From the NCBI GenBank assembly GCA_016196885.1, contig JACPWU010000032.1, positions 25,775 through 57,774 on the forward strand: DNA of 32,000 nucleotides, given 5' to 3'. The stretch comes from Chlamydiota bacterium. Lineage in GTDB: Bacteria > Auribacterota > JACPWU01. The notes under the pieces are model-generated. The model was not told the DNA's origin, did no database searches, and saw only the letters and a program-made list of their open reading frames with translations. Numbering within the stretch: position 1 is the stretch's first letter; each line of letters begins with the position of its first letter. The translations under genes and the position numbers were made by a program. Below, piece after piece: positions 15,553 to 22,227 of the stretch.

Positions 15553-15658
15553 TTTTCAATTTCCAATTTCAAATGAATGACCCATGCCCAATATCCAATT
15601 GGACATGAGATTATTGGAAATTAATTTGCCATTTGACATTGGAAATTGGACATTGGAA
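15553..15658. repeat. Heptad-word inverted repeat in a divergent intergenic region
   Basis: The left arm is TTTTCAA TTTCCAA TTTCAAA. The right arm is ATTTGAC ATTGGAA ATTGGAC ATTGGAA. 15560-15575 pairs with 15630-15645 (15/16). A central 10-bp palindrome TCCAATTGGA lies at 15594-15603. Confidence 0.65.
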
Positions 15659-15668
15659 AATAGATCGC

Positions 15669-16721
15669 ATGAGCGTCCAAAAGATTCTCTACAATCAAGC
15701 GACCTCTCAGTACGAACTCTTGATGACGCCCATCTTTTCTCTTTCTCTTAAGATTCAGAACTCCATCTTCGAAAAATTGATTCGCGAGGTCAAACGGGAA
15801 CTTCAAAAACATCGCCTCGCCTACAAGCCTCACTTTTACCTCTCGGATGAATTTGGCTGCGTCGAAGGAACAGTCAATATCGGTATCCCCTTTTACATGG
15901 CAAGTCCAGAATTGGAAGAATTAAATCGCGAAGTCGGAAGCGAAAAACATCAAGCATTGGAAGATCATCAACTCAAAGCCCTTTTAAGACATGAATGTGG
16001 TCACGCCTTTTTCTACGCCTACGGGCTCCAAAGAAATAAGACGGCTCAGAAACTCTTTGGAAACTTTGAATCCAAACGCGTTTCCATTAAAAACATCCCT
16101 CTGGAACCAGGCTCCCATGTGGATTATCTGGAACGCTGGGGTGCTGCCTCACAAGGATACTCGCGAACTCACCCAGAAGAAGATTTCTCAGATACATTTG
16201 CCGCTTGGTTGGATCCGGCTGAAAGAAAGAACACCTATCAGGGTCAGGCACTTAAGAAAATGAAATGGATCGAAAGAACAGTCAAAAAAGTATCGGGGGA
16301 AAAACCTCTCTCACTTCCGACAGAACTTCACAAGCCCTACACCGCCCTCAAAGAAACAGTGGAGAACTTCTTTAGGCACCACTTTGGGGCCTTTGATTTG
16401 GAGGCCTTTCGTCAAAAGGCAACGGGTTTTCTCGACTCTCATCTAAAAGAAGCCTTCTCCATGCCCAATCCTCTTCAACCCAAAAGAAATGTGATTTTGG
16501 CTTCTTCCTTTCTGGAAAAAAACAAGAGACACTGGATTCGAGAAAATCGCCGATCTCTCAAAACTCCTCTTATGCTCTGCCTGACTCAGAAATCCATCGA
16601 ACGCGCCCATGCCCTCCACTTAACTGTCTCTAAAAAGAACCTTTCTAAAGCAAAAAAAATATTCTCAGCCATTCTCGTCTTGATGGGTACACTCATTGAG
16701 GAAAAGGGAAGGGTGAATTGA
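15669..16721 (+). CDS. Putative zinc metallopeptidase (HExxH)
   Basis: LRHECGHAFFYAY provides the HExxH motif, and a downstream HPEEDFSDTFAAW segment is typical of the putative zinc-binding metallopeptidase family. ATG 15669 (MSVQKILY) is preferred over the TTG 15633 start, which lies inside the inverted repeat. Confidence 0.7.
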   Translation: MSVQKILYNQATSQYELLMTPIFSLSLKIQNSIFEKLIREVKRELQKHRLAYKPHFYLSDEFGCVEGTVNIGIPFYMASPELEELNREVGSEKHQALEDHQLKALLRHECGHAFFYAYGLQRNKTAQKLFGNFESKRVSIKNIPLEPGSHVDYLERWGAASQGYSRTHPEEDFSDTFAAWLDPAERKNTYQGQALKKMKWIERTVKKVSGEKPLSLPTELHKPYTALKETVENFFRHHFGAFDLEAFRQKATGFLDSHLKEAFSMPNPLQPKRNVILASSFLEKNKRHWIRENRRSLKTPLMLCLTQKSIERAHALHLTVSKKNLSKAKKIFSAILVLMGTLIEEKGRVN

Positions 16722-16725
16722 TCAA

Positions 16726-16809
16726 GTCGACAGTCGATGGTCCATAGTCCACAGAAAAATAAATAATTCCTTACAAGCTGTCGACCATGGACTATCGACT
16801 GTGGACTAT
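16726..16809. terminator. Heptad-word hairpin between convergent genes (probable bidirectional terminator)
   Basis: The left arm is GTCGACA GTCGATG GTCCATA GTCCACA (16726-16753). The right arm is CTGTCGA CCATGGA CTATCGA CTGTGGA (16778-16805). 25 of 29 arm positions are complementary. Confidence 0.55.
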
Positions 16810-16810
16810 T

Positions 16811-17902
16811 TTAATCCCCAAACGCCGTCCCCACCGATCTTGCTGCCAGCATCAATGGATGATTCAAGGGCACTTTCTTTAATTCTTCTACTGCATCACG
16901 CAAAGGAACGGCCCTCATTTCGCCTTTTTGAAAGGCAACCATTTTCCCAAAATCTTTTTTGAGCAAAAGATCCAACGCCGCATGACCAAATTGTGTTGCC
17001 AAAAGGCGATCAAAAGCCGTGGGAGAGCCTCCCCTCTGCAAATGACCGAGAACCGTGAAACGGCACTCCAGTTCTGTTTTTTTCTCAATTTTCTCAGCCA
17101 AAAAAGCGGCAATGCCCCCCAAACGGACAGGGTCGGGACTGGCTTTAATCATTTTTCTCACCACGGGCTTTCCCTTTTTTGGGAAGGCTCCTTCGGCCAC
17201 CACTACCATGCTAAAATTTTTACCTTCCATCTGACGCTCCCACACCTTGCCACAGATCTTATCTACATCAAATGGAATTTCTGGAATGAGAATCACATCT
17301 GCGCCGCCCGCCACCCCTCCATAAAGGGCAATCCATCCCGCATAGCGACCCATCACCTCTACGATCATGACGCGATGATGACTCTCTGCCGTCGTATGAA
17401 TCCGATCCATCGCCTCGGTCACAATGCTCACGGCCGAATCAAATCCAAAAGTAAAATCAGTCCCCGATAAATCATTGTCAATCGTCTTAGGAATGGCCAC
17501 GATCTCGAGGCCTAAAGCTAAAAGTTGCTGAGCAATTTTTAATGTTCCGTCCCCCCCTAGGGTGACAAGGCCCTCCAGTCCCAAGTGCTGATAATTCTTG
17601 AAAGCTTTTTTCGAAACATCCTCGTACACTTCCTTGCCGTCACGCAACACAGGAAACCAAAAGGGATTGGCTCGATTCGAGGTCCCTAAAATCGTCCCGC
17701 CTCTTGCTAAAATGCCAGAGACATCCAGGTCCGAAAGCTTTCGAAAACGATTCTCCACCAAGCCAAGAAAGCCATCCTCAAAACCAATCACCTCCATTTG
17801 AAAATCCCGAATGGCCCGCTTCGAAACCGCACGAATAGCAGCATTCAGTCCGGGACAATCCCCTCCGCCCGTGAGAATGCCAATGCGTCTTTTTTTAGAC
17901 AT
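16811..17902 (-). CDS. pfk: 6-phosphofructokinase
   Basis: Diagnostic motifs are GILTGGGDCPGLNA, GGDGT, PKTIDND and EVMGRYAG. Phosphoryl-donor specificity cannot be decided from these motifs. Confidence 0.93.
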   Translation of the reverse strand: MSKKRRIGILTGGGDCPGLNAAIRAVSKRAIRDFQMEVIGFEDGFLGLVENRFRKLSDLDVSGILARGGTILGTSNRANPFWFPVLRDGKEVYEDVSKKAFKNYQHLGLEGLVTLGGDGTLKIAQQLLALGLEIVAIPKTIDNDLSGTDFTFGFDSAVSIVTEAMDRIHTTAESHHRVMIVEVMGRYAGWIALYGGVAGGADVILIPEIPFDVDKICGKVWERQMEGKNFSMVVVAEGAFPKKGKPVVRKMIKASPDPVRLGGIAAFLAEKIEKKTELECRFTVLGHLQRGGSPTAFDRLLATQFGHAALDLLLKKDFGKMVAFQKGEMRAVPLRDAVEELKKVPLNHPLMLAARSVGTAFGD

Positions 17903-17932
17903 GCTTAGCTCCTATAAAGAAATCCAAAAATC

Positions 17933-18024
17933 AAAATAGGGTCAAGAAGCAAGCGTCACGGGACAAGAAAAAAATAAACACCTCTAAAACTTGACTCCTG
18001 ACCCTTGTCCCTTGACCCTATTTT
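17933..18024 (-). terminator. Heptad-word hairpin downstream of the 72-aa ORF
   Basis: A perfect 14-bp outer stem pairs 17933-17946 with 18011-18024. The arms are GGTCAAG AAGCAAG CGTCACG GGACAAG vs CTTGACT CCTGACC CTTGTCC CTTGACC. T-runs flank it on both strands. Confidence 0.55.
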
Positions 18025-18041
18025 TGCTGATATTTTAAAAA

Positions 18042-18260
18042 CTACTTCTTCTTATAAAACTTTCTAGCTCCACCCTCTCCCTTATCACCCAAACGCTTCT
18101 TTTCTTTCATGGACTTTAACTTATGCTCGCGGAGTTTCTCCTGAACTTCTTCCTCCTCCAAATCATCATCCCAAACATCATCTTCGGCGATTTCAAAGAA
18201 ACTCTTTTCCTGAGTCTCATCCTCCGGCTTTTCCGGTTCTGCCTTTTCTTTCTCCTTCAC
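18042..18260 (-). CDS. Hypothetical highly charged (Glu/Lys/Asp-rich) 72-aa protein
   Basis: GTG start 18260 has AAGGAGG 11 nt upstream. It is co-oriented with, and 21 nt downstream of, the TPR gene. I recognise no homology. Confidence 0.5.
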   Translation of the reverse strand: MKEKEKAEPEKPEDETQEKSFFEIAEDDVWDDDLEEEEVQEKLREHKLKSMKEKKRLGDKGEGGARKFYKKK

Positions 18261-18281
18261 AACTCCAACAACCTCCTTTCT

Positions 18282-19511
18282 TTATTCTCCCTCTTTTTCA
18301 GTTTTTTTCTCAATCAGTTTCAGCAATGGCTTCCAACGTGCATCTCTTCGCAAAGAATTTAAAAAGGCATCGCGTTTCATCAAGTCCAAAGGATAAAATC
18401 CTTTCCCAACTGCCTGATTCAACCATTTAAAGGCATCATCCTTGTCACCCTTGAGGGCATGAACGCCAGCCATGGCATAGTCAATGTAAGGAAGTTCTGG
18501 ATGATGTTGAAGCGTTTCATTTAATTGACGCAGGGCCTCTTCATAATGCCCAAGCCGTCCTTCGACCTGGGCCAAGGCAATTTGAGCCTCCACATAATCT
18601 GGCTTCAGAGCCAAGGACTTCTGGTATTCCTGAGCAGCCCTTTCCAGATCATGGCGATGCTCATAGCAATGGCCCATGGCCTTATGGGCCTGGGCCAAAT
18701 TGGGATCTAATTCCAACGCCTTGTTGATTTGCGTAGAGGCCTGCTCCAACCAAAAGGGATCTTCCGGCTCCACCATATGATAATGATGGGCGTAGGCATC
18801 GCCTAGAGAGGCATAGGCCAAGGCAAAATGAGCGTCCATTTCAACCGCCTTCTGAAACATCTCGATGGCCATCCAATTGCCCTCCGTCGTCATTTGAAGG
18901 TCATAGAATTTTCCCCGAAGATAAAATTCATAGGCCCCGGAAGAAAGTGTCGGCTTCGCAACCAATGTCTCCTTCGCCGCCTGCGTCAAAGTCAGATGGG
19001 CCGCGTCCGCAATCTTTGCTGCCAACTCATTTTGAAGACCAAAAATATCTTGCAGGGCAATCTTACGCTCATAGCGCTCGGCCCAAATATGAAGACCTGT
19101 GGCTACATCAATGAGCTGCGCCGTTACCAAAAGGGTCTCCCCCATTTTGCGAATGCTCCCTTCTACCACTGCGTCCACATTCAAAGCCTTCCCAACCTCC
19201 CGGATGGTCACGGAACCGTTTTTGAAACGCATCACATCCGTCATGGAAACCACATTTAGGCCATCAATCTTGGCAAGCTTGGTGATCACGTCTTCCGTCA
19301 GGCCATCGCTCAAATATTCGTCTTCCGGATTGCCGCTCAAATTGTGAAAAAATAAAACGGCAATTCTATTTTTTTGAGGCTGACCAAAATCAAAAGTGAT
19401 CCGAATAGGTTCTTGATTAGAATGACGAATCTCTATCGCAAGATAGACGAGGGCAGCGAGAATCGCAAGAAAGGCAACGAAAAAGATAAGGGAAGAGAAA
19501 TTCCTTTTCAC
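18282..19511 (-). CDS. Membrane-anchored TolB-N-like plus TPR repeat protein
   Basis: An N-terminal TM helix is followed by a conserved segment FHNLSGNPEDEYLSDGLTEDVITKL...VVEGSIRK...LIDVATGLHIWAERYER, typical of TolB-amino-terminal-like modules. C-terminal TPR repeats follow. Confidence 0.75.
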   Translation of the reverse strand: MKRNFSSLIFFVAFLAILAALVYLAIEIRHSNQEPIRITFDFGQPQKNRIAVLFFHNLSGNPEDEYLSDGLTEDVITKLAKIDGLNVVSMTDVMRFKNGSVTIREVGKALNVDAVVEGSIRKMGETLLVTAQLIDVATGLHIWAERYERKIALQDIFGLQNELAAKIADAAHLTLTQAAKETLVAKPTLSSGAYEFYLRGKFYDLQMTTEGNWMAIEMFQKAVEMDAHFALAYASLGDAYAHHYHMVEPEDPFWLEQASTQINKALELDPNLAQAHKAMGHCYEHRHDLERAAQEYQKSLALKPDYVEAQIALAQVEGRLGHYEEALRQLNETLQHHPELPYIDYAMAGVHALKGDKDDAFKWLNQAVGKGFYPLDLMKRDAFLNSLRRDARWKPLLKLIEKKTEKEGE

Positions 19512-19556
19512 ATGTCTCGAATGTTTATTTTTTTAATTCCGTGAAAAAACCTTTCT

Positions 19557-19940
19557 TCATCCATAGGGATTTTGATAAGGATTTCTCTGGTGGCCTGAAG
19601 ACCTTCTCTCCACAAGCCACTGGCCATCTAAGGGACACTGCCCCGGCCGATCCGAAATAAAGTCACCATTGGGACAAGCATAATAAGAACACGAAGAATC
19701 ACTGTAGGCAGAACCCCCATCGGAATCATAGCCCCCACCCTGTCCTCCACGGCCTGGGAAACCACCCTGATAGCGGTATTGATCACGGTACTGATCATCA
19801 TAGTAATGACCCGCATAAACTTGAATCATTCCACTCATCCCAATAAAGAGGGAAAGAAGCACGCTTAAGAGGTTCTTCTGATTCTTTTTCACAAGGTTTT
19901 TACACTCCTTCAGACCTAAGAAAAGCATATGGCATGCCAA
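19557..19940 (-). CDS. Secreted Gly/Tyr/Asp/Gln-rich protein with a Cys-containing C-terminal module
   Basis: A GGTGA motif lies 7 nt upstream of ATG 19940. A signal-like segment LLSVLLSLFIGMSGMIQVYA is followed by low-complexity YYDDQYRDQYRYQGGFPGRGGQGGGYD. The C-terminus is YYACPNGDFISDRPGQCPLDGQWLVE. Confidence 0.55.
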   Translation of the reverse strand: MACHMLFLGLKECKNLVKKNQKNLLSVLLSLFIGMSGMIQVYAGHYYDDQYRDQYRYQGGFPGRGGQGGGYDSDGGSAYSDSSCSYYACPNGDFISDRPGQCPLDGQWLVERRSSGHQRNPYQNPYG

Positions 19941-20147
19941 AAACTCACCTTTCTATGATGATGCCCAATCCCACTGGCTATAGCTATGTTACAAAAAATT
20001 TATCCTTTTCAAAAGCGAAAAATCTCTTTTTAGGTCTGTTCCATTGTGAATCAGAACTGCTTCGCATTGAAGAAATTATAAAGGCATTACATAACGCTGG
20101 AAATTTTCCTGAGAGAGTGGGAGAATGGGAAAAACTGAATTCTTTTT

Positions 20148-20735
20148 ATGAAAATCTACACCAAAACAGGCGATCAAGGCGAAACCGGGCTCATCGGAGG
20201 TGAAAGGGTCTGGAAACATGACTTACGAATTGAGGCCTATGGCACCGTAGACGAAACCAACTCCGTCATCGGAATCGCAATGGGCCTGGCCCGTGAAGCG
20301 CCTCTTTCTGAAAAGGGCAAAAAAGAACTTCTCACCTTTCTTCAAAAAACTCAAAATGAACTTTTTTGTTTGGGATGCGAATTGGCAACTCCTCCCAACA
20401 ATGCAAAAAAAGATTTGCCAAAAATTAATTCATTCCACATTACAAACCTCGAAAAATTCATAGATCGTTTGGAAGAAGAACTCGAGCCACTCAAAAATTT
20501 TATCCTCCCAGGAGGCCTCCCCCTTTCCGGCATGCTTCATTTGGCAAGATGCGTCTGTCGCCGGGCCGAAAGACGGTGTGTAGAACTTTCTCAAAAAGAA
20601 CGGCTTGATCCCTTGATTGTTCAATACCTGAATCGCCTGAGCGACACCCTTTTCGTCCTGGCCCGTTGGAGTGAGAAAAAAATGGGTGGAAAAGAAATTC
20701 CTTGGAAAAAAACAGTCGAGGGTCGTGAGTCGTGA
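20148..20735 (+). CDS. ATP:cob(I)alamin adenosyltransferase, PduO type
   Basis: MKIYTKTGDQGETGL...RIEAYGTVDE is the canonical PduO/MMAB N-terminus. The TGA stop lies inside a heptad array. Confidence 0.9.
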   Translation: MKIYTKTGDQGETGLIGGERVWKHDLRIEAYGTVDETNSVIGIAMGLAREAPLSEKGKKELLTFLQKTQNELFCLGCELATPPNNAKKDLPKINSFHITNLEKFIDRLEEELEPLKNFILPGGLPLSGMLHLARCVCRRAERRCVELSQKERLDPLIVQYLNRLSDTLFVLARWSEKKMGGKEIPWKKTVEGRES

Positions 20736-20742
20736 GGGGTGA
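20715..20742 (+). repeat. Unpaired heptad array GTCGAGG GTCGTGA GTCGTGA GGGGTGA
   Basis: Four period-7 units span the last codons and the stop (20733-20735) of the adenosyltransferase gene. No complementary arm lies nearby. Confidence 0.7.
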
Positions 20743-20784
20743 GTAAAAACTAAAACGTCATAAAACAAGACAACGATAAACAAA

Positions 20785-20814
20785 TTGACATCTTTCCCAC
20801 TAACCGGCTATCAT
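20785..20814 (+). promoter_or_regulatory. Candidate sigma70 promoter of the outer-membrane protein gene
   Basis: TTGACA (20785-20790), an 18-nt spacer, then TATCAT (20809-20814). A strong AAGGAGGGGGG Shine-Dalgarno motif precedes ATG 20843. Confidence 0.5.
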
Positions 20815-20842
20815 TGCCGAAGGTTAAATAAGGAGGGGGGGC

Positions 20843-21670
20843 ATGAAAAGGTTTTTCAGTTTATTAAGTTTGTCCGCATTTTTTTGTGTTTCTCAAGCTT
20901 TTGCGTCTGAGGGTCTCATTTTGTCCACTTTGGACGATACAACAGCACCGGTCCATCAGGTCACCGGGCAAATCGGCGTAGCAGGAGAAGAGCAAGTGGA
21001 TCAATCCACTTTGATTCACGGCCCGACGTTTGACGCCGTGTTTGGAATTGGGGATTGGGCAGAGGCCGGAATCCATTACGAAATTTTGAGTCTTTCGGAT
21101 TCACCCACCTTTGATGACGACACAGGGAGTGGCGACGTTCGCTTGAGACTTAAAGCGGTCCCTCTTCAAACCGACTGGGGCCGTTTTGGATTGGCCGTCA
21201 TCGCCAAAATCCCAAGCGCGGATGATGGCAAAGGGTTAGGAACTGACGAAGCAGATGTCGTTTTGAAAGGCCTTTGGGGAACTCATCTTTTTAACGATCT
21301 ACACGTCTTCATCAATTTGGGCGCGGCCATTCAAGGAGATCCCAGCACCAACTCCTCTCAAGATGATTTTTTTCTCTGGGGCGTGGGTGCCGAGTACCCT
21401 CTTTCCTTTGGAGAAGGCTGCTCTCTTTGTGAAGAGCTTTGGCTGATCGGAGAATTTGAGGGCGCTGTGGGGCCTGAGGACAATACCCACATTGCTGAAG
21501 GTGAATTCACAGATTCAGAGGCCGAGTTTAGAGCGGGATTGATGAAGCAACTTCCCTGGTTTAAAGTCGCAGCCACAGGATCTGTGGGATTGACAGATGA
21601 ATCTCCTGATTGGGGATTCAGAATCACGTTCAGTCGTACTTTTGATCTTCCAAACATGACAAAGGAATAA
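20843..21670 (+). CDS. Putative outer-membrane beta-barrel protein
   Basis: The signal peptide ends AFA/SEG. Amphipathic stretches alternate along the sequence. An aromatic residue sits near the C-terminus (RITFSRTF). Confidence 0.6.
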   Translation: MKRFFSLLSLSAFFCVSQAFASEGLILSTLDDTTAPVHQVTGQIGVAGEEQVDQSTLIHGPTFDAVFGIGDWAEAGIHYEILSLSDSPTFDDDTGSGDVRLRLKAVPLQTDWGRFGLAVIAKIPSADDGKGLGTDEADVVLKGLWGTHLFNDLHVFINLGAAIQGDPSTNSSQDDFFLWGVGAEYPLSFGEGCSLCEELWLIGEFEGAVGPEDNTHIAEGEFTDSEAEFRAGLMKQLPWFKVAATGSVGLTDESPDWGFRITFSRTFDLPNMTKE

Positions 21671-21728
21671 AGACAGTTCTGCGTGCAACGTACTTCGAAC
21701 ATCGTTCAAAATAAAAAAGGAGTTTAAA

Positions 21729-22103
21729 ATGAAAAAATGGATTTTAGCTTTTGCAATATTATTCTCGACCTCTTTCCTTCACGCCGAGGAGGCAACTCAG
21801 GCAGAGCAAAAGAGCGAAGAAAAATCAAAAGATCAAAACACAGCAACCACTGTTGTAACCTATCCTGTGAATGTGGTGCGTGAGGCAGGGGAAGTCGCCC
21901 TGGGAGTGGGGAAAAAGGCGGTAGAGGTCACAGCGGACACTGCTCAAACGACGGGTCAGGTCTTAACAGGCGATGTTAAGAAAACCCCTGAAATTGTGGT
22001 CACGCCTGTGAAAGGAACAGCCGAAGGTTTGGTTGAAACAGCCACATCCACAGTCGCGATTCCTGGAGAGGCTTTAAAGGATTCTCAAGAAGCTTCGAAG
22101 TAA
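21729..22103 (+). CDS. Small secreted hypothetical protein
   Basis: AAGGAG precedes ATG 21729. A signal peptide MKKWILAFAILFSTSFLHA is followed by a Thr/Val/Glu-rich mature part. Confidence 0.55.
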   Translation: MKKWILAFAILFSTSFLHAEEATQAEQKSEEKSKDQNTATTVVTYPVNVVREAGEVALGVGKKAVEVTADTAQTTGQVLTGDVKKTPEIVVTPVKGTAEGLVETATSTVAIPGEALKDSQEASK

Positions 22104-22108
22104 ACTCT

Positions 22109-22215
22109 GTGCCGATAAACGATGTGCCGAAAAGATGTGCCAATGTGCCAATGAATAAATGACTTTGACATTGGTACGTTGGCACATTGGCACATCTTTT
22201 GACATCGGCACATTC
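22109..22215. terminator. Long word hairpin (GTGCCAAT octamer words) between convergent genes
   Basis: A perfect 22-bp stem pairs AAAAGATGTGCCAATGTGCCAA (22130-22151) with 22179-22200. An 8-bp extension lies beyond a 5-nt bulge. Confidence 0.6.
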
Positions 22216-22227
22216 TTTTCGCAATTT

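Noticed and set aside
15633-15668. The TTG start at 15633 for the metallopeptidase ORF.
   Set aside because: The extension (MTLEIGHWKIDR) is encoded by the right arm of the heptad inverted repeat. ATG 15669 follows directly and gives a sensible N-terminus.
19941-20147. A cobalamin riboswitch upstream of the PduO-type adenosyltransferase.
   Set aside because: I could find no B12-box-like conserved core or multi-stem GC-rich structure in the roughly 200-nt AT-rich spacer.
19934-20203. An 89-aa plus-strand ORF between the secreted protein gene and the adenosyltransferase gene.
   Set aside because: It overlaps the start of the well-supported PduO-type gene in another frame. It has no ribosome-binding site and no recognisable features.
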